Below are positions 37,573-46,289 of a stretch of DNA of 64,000 bases, in pieces (positions within the stretch are counted from its first letter, which is position 1; each line of letters starts with the position of its first letter). This stretch comes from Basidiobolus meristosporus CBS 931.73. Lineage: Eukaryota > Fungi > Basidiobolomycota. Where the stretch lies: contig MCFE01000109.1 of the NCBI GenBank assembly GCA_002104905.1, positions 62,001 to 126,000 of the forward strand, in the 5' to 3' direction. The notes beneath the pieces were generated by a model, which was not told the origin of the DNA, made no database searches, and saw nothing but the letters and a program-made list of their open reading frames with translations. The translations under genes were made by a program, and so were the position numbers.

Positions 37573-40500
37573 TAGTTGGACTCTTTTGGTCATAACTCCT
37601 TAAGTACTGCTTCAAATGAGCTGTAATTTGAAACATGTGTTGGCTACTACGTGTTCTGTATGACATAATATTCTTGGGTGGATTGCTTGTCAGGGTCTGG
37701 AGCATTTGTTCATCAAAGTTGGAAATTCTTGATCTTTCACTTGTGTGTTACAATAGCAAAAAGCAAAATAAAGAAATGAGTGCAATATTGGTTTAGAGAT
37801 ATTGCAGTAATGGAATACTTTCCATTACCACACATCTTTTCATTCCTCTAGAGAGTACCTTCTGAGTAAATATATACTTGAGGGAGGCATGATCAGTCTT
37901 CACAGTGCATTTGACTCCTTCAATATAGCATCTCCATGTCTTCAAACACTGTATTATAGCAAGCATCTCCTTCTCATGGACTGGATAGTTTTGTTTGGCT
38001 GAGTTCTGTTTCTTGGATTCAAAGGCAACAGGGTAGTCCTTTCCCTTGTGTTCTTGGCTCAGCACTCCACCAATGGCATAATCTGAAGCATCTGTGCATA
38101 GAGTGAACTCTTTTCTGAAGTCTGGTATTCTCAAGCTTGGCAGCTTAGCAAGTTCATTCTTGAGCGTCTGGAAGGCAGTCTCACAAGCTATGTCCCACTT
38201 GTAGGTATTATCTTTCTTGAGGATATCAGTTAAAGGGGCTGCAATACTTGCAAAAGACTTGACAAATCTCCAATAATAGGAAACCATTCCAAGGAATGAT
38301 CTGAGTTCTGATATACTATGGGGCTGCTTCAATTCTTGATCACTTCCACCTTCTTGGGGTCTACAGTTACTCCTGTGCTAGTCACTAAGTGTCCCAGATA
38401 TTCTACGTGTTCCTTGAAGAATTCACACTTGGGTAGCTTGCCAAAAAGCTTGTTCTCTCTTAGCTTCTTCAACACCTTTTCAATGTGCACCAAGTGATCC
38501 TCTTCTGTCTTGCTGTATATCAGTATATCATCTAGGTCGATTATAACAAATTTGTCTAAGTACTCCTGGAAGACAGTCTGCATCAGGGTCATGAAAGTTG
38601 CAGGGGCATTGGTGAGGCCAAAACTCATGACTAAGTACTTGTAATGTCCATATCTGGTCTTGAATGCTATCTTAGGGATGTCTTGTAGCTTTACCCTAAT
38701 CTGGTTGTATCCTGACATGAGATCAATTATGCTGAGTATATTGGCTCCATTGAGTTGATCCAAAAGCTCATCAATCTGAGGTATGGGGTACTTATTCTTG
38801 ACGGTAACTGAGTTCAGGGCTCTGTAGTCAATGCACATCCCAAGTGTTCCATCCTTCTTTTTCACAAAAAGCACTGGTGCTCCCCAGGGTGACTTGCTGG
38901 GCCTGATATATCCTTGCTCCAATAGCTGATCAATTTGTCTCTTCATTTCCTCCTATTCCAATGGACTCATTCTGTAAGGTGTCTTGCTCACTGGAGGGCT
39001 ATCTCCTGTGTCAATGGCATGATCCACATCTCTGACTGGTGGTAGGCTTACAAGCTCATCTGTAAACACGTCCAAATATTTCTTCAAGAGAGTCTTGACC
39101 TGCTGGGGTGCTGGGGTAGAGGAATCCTCCTGTAATACAGCCATGAGGAACATCTGAGTTCCTATTCTAAGTGCTCTACACAACCGGGTCTTGCTAAGTT
39201 CACTTGTCTCACACATACTGGAATTGGCCAAGTTGAAATCCAGCTTGGCAGGCAATACCTAATAGGTCTTGTTGTCTTTTTTGGATCTGAGTAGCATGTG
39301 TTCTCCAGTTGATTGATGGATTACAACAAAATAGCCAGGTTTTTTCAAGTACAAGGTCAAACTTGCAGTTCCCAAATATATAAGCCTGTAGGTCTTCTTC
39401 ATAGTCGTTCATCTTCATTCTTACTGGCTGGGTAATATGGTTGATTATGTGAGAGTTCCCATCAGCTGTGGAGACTGAAGTTGATTTGGTAGGTTCCAAG
39501 TTGATTCCAGCTTTCAGAGCAGATTGCTCCAACTTGTACTCATGCAATGCTCCTGAGTCAATCATATTCTTGGCAGGTACTCCATTGATTACTCCATTCG
39601 AGTACAATAACTTCCTTGAGTTTGAGGTCATTTGGGACAAGTACTCCTCTGTCATATGGAAGGTGAGTTCCAAGTCTTCTTCAAGCTCATCTTCCACATT
39701 ACTGTGCTCATGGGACTCAATATAATTGAAGGTTCTTGTTGGCTGGTGTCCATTTCTTCTTTGAGGGCAGTGCTTTGCAATATGTCCTTGCTGGTGGCAA
39801 TTGAAGCAAAGTCCTTTCTTCTTACATTCTTCTGAGGTAGGATTCTTCTGCATAGCATCTATTTCTATTGGTACTGCTTCTGATTGTCTTCTTTCATAAT
39901 CATTGTAGCCTTTCTGATTAGTCACTGTAGGCTTCCCAACTCCAAACATAGCTGAATCATAGTCAATGACAATCTTGATGGCTTCTTCAGTAGTCTGAGG
40001 TCTTTGGTAATTCACTTCCTTGCAAGTTCTTTCTTACAACCCATCAATAAAGTATTCAACTTGATCCAAGGGGCCCATTCTTTCAATTTGTCCAAGTAGA
40101 CATCTGTACTCATAGATATATTATTGCACCATTCCTTTCTGTCTGAGTGTCTTTAACTTCCTTCTTAGTGGTGTCTGCTGGTGTGGAGGTTCAAAAGCAT
40201 CCTGAATTTCTGACACAAACTCATCCCAGGTAGAGATTGTAGAGCATCCCATCATAGTTTGCCGACCTGATCTTGTTGTGGTACCACTGTAAAGTTGCAT
40301 CTGCCAGGTAAGAAGCTGCATAATGCAGCTTGCTTTCTGGAGCAGTTCCTTTAGCTTTAAAAGCTTCTTCAATCTGGAAGAGCCAAGTTCCCAGGTTTTC
40401 ATTGACTCTGCCATGGTACCAGTTGACCTTCACACTAAAGTTGCTCTTAACAGGGCTTTGCTGGTTCTGAGCCATGGTAGTCATTCCTTGTTGCTGTTGG

Positions 40501-43500
40501 TTGAGGATCTGGAGTAACTGTTGCTGTTGGGCCAGGATTTGCTGCATGGCATTCTTCCATTCTTGATTGTCCAACATCTTGAGGGTGGTTTCTTCTTTCT
40601 TCAGGAGGGAGGTTTCTGGTTATTGCTGCTACCAATGCTACAAGTCTTGGTATAGGAGTTGTAGAGGAATAGGGAGTTTAGCTAGTATTGTATTCACTAA
40701 AACTTGAACTGATTTTTATTGAGGTTCCAGCAGCTCCTTATATACATTTTGCCAGATCAATTGCTGACTAATTGTATTTCCTAGTGTAGGTTGTGGCTGA
40801 TGACTCATTTGATTGCATCATCATCACCCAATAAGATCCTACTTAATATATCTATTTCTGTCTGATAAGGATCTGCTGATTCATTTGCTGACTAATGCTA
40901 CTGATTTCATAGATGATACTGATATACTGATAACCTAAACATATACTAATTGATTTGACTAAAAACTGATCTAACTTAAACATTCAAGCGGCAGATCATA
41001 ACATCCCTATGCACTAAGTCTTCTTAGATATTGCCTTGTTTGTCCACCAGTTGGTAAGTAGCAAATGGACATTCTCTGATGATCTTGAATGCTCCTGTCC
41101 ATTGTGGCTCAAACTTCTTCCAAGTGTTGTCTCTTAGTTATACAAAGTTCCCAACTGTCAATGCTTCTGGTGCTATAGTCTTATCAAATCTCCTGCTTCA
41201 TTTTTTCTGCACTTTGAGATACTTTGGTCTGTGCCTCTTGACATCTTTGTTCCAGTTGCTAGTGTCTACTGGGCTGACTAAGTTCATCTTCTAAGGCATC
41301 TGTAAGCTTGGGTTGTGTGCAATCTCCTGGAATCCTTGGTTCACATCCATACACTAAGTAAAATGGTGATTGTTGGGTAGTGTTGTGCACTCTAACTCTG
41401 CAGGGAAAAAGTGCTTGATCTATATACTCATCCCATTTACTGATAGCTCCATTTGCATACTTGGTCAGCATTTTTCCAAATAATGCATTAAAGCGTTCAG
41501 TGACTCCATTAGTTCTGGGGTGATATGCCAAGGTTTTCAAGTGTCTGACCTGCTGCATTTCCAGGTGAGCCTCTAACGTCTTTACCATAAAATTTGCTCC
41601 TCTATCTAATAAGATCTCCACAGGGCATCCAAACTTCATCAGGATCTCATGGTAAATGAAACTTCCAACTTCTTGTTCACTGGCTATTGTTACAGCTTTA
41701 GAAACTGACCATTTAGTGGCATGGTCAATTGCTACTAGGATCCAACAGTTGCATTTCCTGGTAGTTGGCAGTTTACCAATAAAGTCAATTTCCCATTGCT
41801 CAAATGGACTTACAGGCCCCAAAGGAAAGAGTTTGGCAATTCTTTGTGGCTGCCTTGATTGATTTGGCAATTTGGGCATGTTTTCACTAGCTTCTCAATA
41901 TCTTGTTTCATTCTGTGCCACCATGCTCTGGCTTTCACAAGGCTATAGGTTCCTCCAATTCCAAGATGTCCATATCCATTGTGTAGCTTATTTATTATAT
42001 CCAGGCAAGAAACATAAGGGCAATAGGCAATAGGGCTTCCATCAACAATTTGGTAGAGTGTTTCATTCTGTACAACAAGTTTGCCAGCTTCATCCCGGAT
42101 TACCTTCTTTGTATCTTCATCCACCTCATTAGGAATGGCTTGGTCCTCCAAGTACTTTGGTGATAGGCTAGGCCAAGTTGATTCATGCACCAAGTTGAGT
42201 TGTACAACTTGATCTAATCTTGATAAGGCATCAGCAACCATGTAGTTTTTTTCAGGGTTGTGGGCAATCTCCAAGTCAAATTGCTGAATGTATTCACTCC
42301 ATCTTGTCATTCTTCTAGAGAGTACCTTCTGAGTCAATATATACTTGAGGAAGGCATTATTAGTCTTCAAAGGCAGCAGGGTAGTCCTTTCCCTTGTGTT
42401 CTTGGCTCAACACTCTACCAATTGCATAATCTGAAGCATCTGTGCACAGAGTGAACTCTTTTCTGAAGTCTGGTATTCTTAAGCTTGGAAGCTTAGCAAG
42501 TTCATTCTTGAGTGTCTGGAAGGCAGTCTCACAAGCTATGTCCCACTTGTAGGTATTGTCTTGCTTGAGGATATCAGTTAAAGGGGCTGCAATACTTGCA
42601 AAAGACTTGACAAATCTCCAATAATAGGAAACCATTCCAAGGAATGATCTGAGTTCTGATATGCTATGGGGCTGCTTCAAATTCTTGATAACTTCAACCT
42701 TCTTAGGGTCTAAGGTCACTCCTGTGCTAGTCACCATGTGTCTCAGGTATTCAAGGTGTTCCTTGAAGAATTCACACTTGGCTAGCTTGCCATATAGCTT
42801 GTTCTCTCTTAGCTTCTTCAAGACCTTTTCAATGTGCAACACATGATCCTCTTCTGTCTTGCTGTATACAATATGTCATCCAGGTAGATTATCACAAACT
42901 TGTCTAAGTACTCCTGAAAGACAGTCTGCATCAGTGTCATGAATGTTGCAGGGGCATTGGTGAGGCCAGAACTCATGACTAAGTACTTGTAATGTCCATA
43001 TCTGATCCTGAATGCTGTCTTAGGGATATCTTCTGGTTTCACCCTAATCTGGTTGTATCCTGACATGAGGTCAATATTGCTGAAAATAGTAGACTTGTTC
43101 CATTGTACTGTGCCAGGGCGCGCGGCGCAATCCGCGGTTGCAAAGAACAATTGGGCGCGATATTATAGCTACCAGAAGGCAGGATCGTTCTTGGACAATC
43201 TCGCACACTATGGCACAATCTGACACAATGAGGTTGGCGCGGATGATCGCGCCAACTCGTAATGCTTGCATCACATGCGTGATTGGATACCTCTATAATG
43301 GCAGGTAAAATCCGGTATTTGGATATGTTTCTTTAATGTAAATGGAAATAAATGTGTATCACACTATAAACTACACTGATACTTACCATTTTGGTTACCC
43401 TCACTCCAATTGGATGGTATCTCAGTGGTTAATTGGTCCAAAAGTATCCTGAAGCTGGCAGCCCCCAATTGGCTCATTGACTACTGAAAAAGCTACCTGA

Positions 43501-43782
43501 TTCGCCATAAAATATCCCATTTAGCCCATTGAGCAAGTAAATCCCTGATCCTAGTGATTGGGCAAGGTGTCATAGCTAGCACGCAAGCAATCGTGTAGGT
43601 GCAAAACAGATCCAATAGCTGCACTGGTATTACAGATGACATATATATATGGAGGGTGTTGATTTATAGGGGTTCTGTCTCAAATGTGAGATGACCTTGA
43701 TATTACTTATATCAAAAATTTGATGATCACTGATTTGCGATGGCTCGATTTGGATCGCAAAAAAAAAGGGTTGTTGGGATCA

Positions 43783-44952
43783 TTACGAATGTGAGCAATT
43801 CAAAGCAATCGCATCATCTTCTCCTGGGTTTTTTCTCACAGGGATTACTACTGAAGCATTTGGTAGTGACTCACTTTGCACACCTATACTACTTCCTGGC
43901 TGACTATCATCTTGGCTACTTGTGTATTTGTAGTCAGTATTTTGCCTCCTAGTTGATGAGTGCGATGCTGCAGCTTGGCCACGCTGAATCGCTCCAACTG
44001 AACCAACTGAACCGGCCTGTAGTGCCACGCGCTGACGCGTTCTTTTACTTGCCAAGGGCTCCGGTGGTTGAGTCACTTCATGTTGGTCATCATCAGTCAG
44101 TTCACCAGAAGTAACTCGCTGATGGTCAGGCAAAACGGCACGCGCAGGCGCGCCTTGACGCGTTGAGATGGCCCTTGGCTGAGTTTGATGTGATGCTGCA
44201 TGTTGACGTGACTCGGTCCGCTCTAATGGACTTGTGTCTAAATGAGCAGTTTGGCGAGTTCTGGTAGTTTTGCTCTGAAGCGCGCACGTTGACCCAACGC
44301 GGGGCGTTCTGGTAAAGGGTGTTGGCATAGTCTGGACTGACATGCGCCGGCACGCTGTGGTTGCAAGAGATGGTAGGGAATCCAGCAAGGCGTGCTGGCG
44401 CGATCTGGACAATGTTGCTTGCGGTCTGTATTCTTCCTCCTGAAGCTCACCATCTGATTCCTCAAGGTATTCACTTACCCTCTGTCTGATACTTTGGAGC
44501 TGTTGCCTGGATGAGTCCTGTGTATATTGCTCTTGGAAGCCACTTAGCTCTACTAATATATCACGTAGTACATTAGTCATTTGAGGCAAAAACTCATTCA
44601 AAATCTCTTTGGTTCCCAAAGTTGAGGCACAAACGGACGCATCCGGCCCGTACTGTGCAAATTGCGCGCAGAATCGTTTTTGCGTGGCTTCCTTGTCAAA
44701 TCCCCTCACTCTCAGCTCATTCTTGATTTCAATACTTGTCTTGTTATATATCTTTTTACATACATCGGCTGGCATCGTGATGTAGAACTCATGCCACAGC
44801 TTTCTACTCAAATTCTTCCATCTTTGTCGACTCTCTGAGGTATCTAGTTCTGCTAGATTAATCAGTAGTGCCCAAATATCTGTATGAAGGCTCATCATAG
44901 ACACTTGGGCCATACTAAAATCATTTGGTGAGAACTCAAACGGATCCAACAT
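43783..44952 (-). CDS. Accessory ORF2 of the PHIS element, 389 aa; possible DNA-binding partner with a helical N-terminus and a long low-complexity S/T/Q/R tail
   Basis: Long open frame inside the TIRs, conserved in decayed copies at 19790 and 63353. RQRWKNLSRKLW resembles a Myb/SANT/MADF helix-3 motif. Exon structure is uncertain. Confidence 0.7.
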   Translation of the reverse strand: MLDPFEFSPNDFSMAQVSMMSLHTDIWALLINLAELDTSESRQRWKNLSRKLWHEFYITMPADVCKKIYNKTSIEIKNELRVRGFDKEATQKRFCAQFAQYGPDASVCASTLGTKEILNEFLPQMTNVLRDILVELSGFQEQYTQDSSRQQLQSIRQRVSEYLEESDGELQEEEYRPQATLSRSRQHALLDSLPSLATTACRRMSVQTMPTPFTRTPRVGSTCALQSKTTRTRQTAHLDTSPLERTESRQHAASHQTQPRAISTRQGAPARAVLPDHQRVTSGELTDDDQHEVTQPPEPLASKRTRQRVALQAGSVGSVGAIQRGQAAASHSSTRRQNTDYKYTSSQDDSQPGSSIGVQSESLPNASVVIPVRKNPGEDDAIALNCSHS

Positions 44953-45404
44953 TGACTTTTACAGTCCGGACCGTGCTTGTGAGCTGGGGGATGGGTTTTG
45001 TCTGGGTTGTACTAAAGATGAGTTGAGGCTTGGTATGGGGACCATAGCAATGGATTTGGATACTTATACAGCAGTATATTGGCATCAACCTGGTCTTATA
45101 TGAAATATATATGAAAACTATAGTAATTGTTGAATTTTCCATATATTATGCATGATGCATCTCGGATCGTGTTGACACGGATCAGATCACATCAATCACA
45201 GATTTCCTATTTGATTATACACCTATGATTAAAGCATCAATAAAAGTACCAAGGCATTGTTTGCGGATGATTTTTGCGACATAATGATGGGATACATGGC
45301 AATTGATGGAGATTTAACCATAATGTGTTAAAAATCAGATAAATAACGCAGATTGCGCCAAATCAATTCAAACCGCCTCCATACAATCATCCATCAATTT
45401 TAAT

Positions 45405-46289
45405 ATGACTTACTCATCTGAATGGTCTTTTCTCATCAATCCCATCACTACCACTGGATTTCCTTTTGACACACTGGAGGATATCTATTCCAAGTACTGT
45501 GGACCATCAACCCCAATCTACTCAAGGAGATCCCTTGTTAAGCTTCTCTGCTATTACAAGAACTATTGCCCTACAAGGTTTCATCCCACCATCCATGGCA
45601 ACAAAAGTCCTAGAAGCTTTCATTCCCAGCTGACAGCAATGGAGAACCACCTTGCAGAGGGTATGAATGACTTAGAGCAAGCTTGGAATACTAGGTTCAG
45701 AAGCTCCAATAGACTTCCATATCCCAGAGTGTTCAGCAACAGGTTCCATATCAGGAGTATTTTGGATACCTTCCCAGTGAGGATTAACAGATCTTCTAGA
45801 GGGCAGAGGCACTTTTATTCTGGCAAGTACAAGGCACACTGTGTGAAGTTTCAAGCACTGTCTGACATTGAGGGTAACATCATCTGGTTTAGTGGGCCAT
45901 TTGCTGGAAGTAGGCATGACAAAGCACTCTGGGTAGAGAATCATCCTGAATTCAGTAGAGGGGAGAAATGTATGGTAGACTTGGCCTATATAGGAGAGGA
46001 TTGTCAGAGATTAGGATGTATTACAGCTTATAGGAAGCCAAGGAATGGTGTGCTTAGCAGGAAGCAGAAGCTCTACAATGAGATATTTAATCATTTCAGA
46101 GTAAGGGTAGAGCACACATTTGGATATCTGAAGAGATTCAGCATATTGGCAGGTAAATACAGAGGAAAGTCATATATAGGTGAAAACAGCAGAATAGGTA
46201 AAATAGTTAAGATACTTATTAATGCACAGTATGTTCATACAAGAAGACATCCACTGAGAGAAATGTGTCTGGAGCATTATGAAGAGTAA
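45405..46289 (+). CDS. DDE_Tnp_4-type (IS5/PIF-Harbinger-related) transposase, 294 aa
   Basis: ILD121TFPVRI, YSGKYKAHCVKFQ, GSRHD172, VD192LAYIG, RVRVE236HTFGYLKRF. Confidence 0.93.
   Translation: MTYSSEWSFLINPITTTGFPFDTLEDIYSKYCGPSTPIYSRRSLVKLLCYYKNYCPTRFHPTIHGNKSPRSFHSQLTAMENHLAEGMNDLEQAWNTRFRSSNRLPYPRVFSNRFHIRSILDTFPVRINRSSRGQRHFYSGKYKAHCVKFQALSDIEGNIIWFSGPFAGSRHDKALWVENHPEFSRGEKCMVDLAYIGEDCQRLGCITAYRKPRNGVLSRKQKLYNEIFNHFRVRVEHTFGYLKRFSILAGKYRGKSYIGENSRIGKIVKILINAQYVHTRRHPLREMCLEHYEE

Larger units (their letters stand above)
36590..37832 (+). mobile_element. 1243-bp solo LTR of a second family (LTR-B)
   Basis: TGTTG...CCACA termini, TSD CATC (36586-36589, 37833-37836). Excision restores CACTCCATCTT(G/T)TCATTC of the host pol. 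Further copies at 50456 and 55380. Orientation inferred from promoter motifs. Confidence 0.85.
34819..41003 (-). mobile_element. Full-length but inactivated family A copy (LTRs 34819-35186 and 40636-41003)
   Basis: 4-bp TSD TCCC (34815-34818, 41004-41007). LTRs differ at about 8 positions. ORF is broken by stops and by the 36590-37832 insert. Confidence 0.95.

Noticed and set aside
43320-43782. Extra 3' exons or a third ORF in the PHIS element (a GTAAGT donor-like site exists near 43385 on the minus strand)
   Set aside because: No splice combination tried by hand gave a convincing open frame. RNA-seq is needed.
44936-45142. 68-aa upstream ORF overlapping the ORF2 start
   Set aside because: Copy 2 has a frameshift there and no motif is evident. 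It may be UTR or intron sequence.
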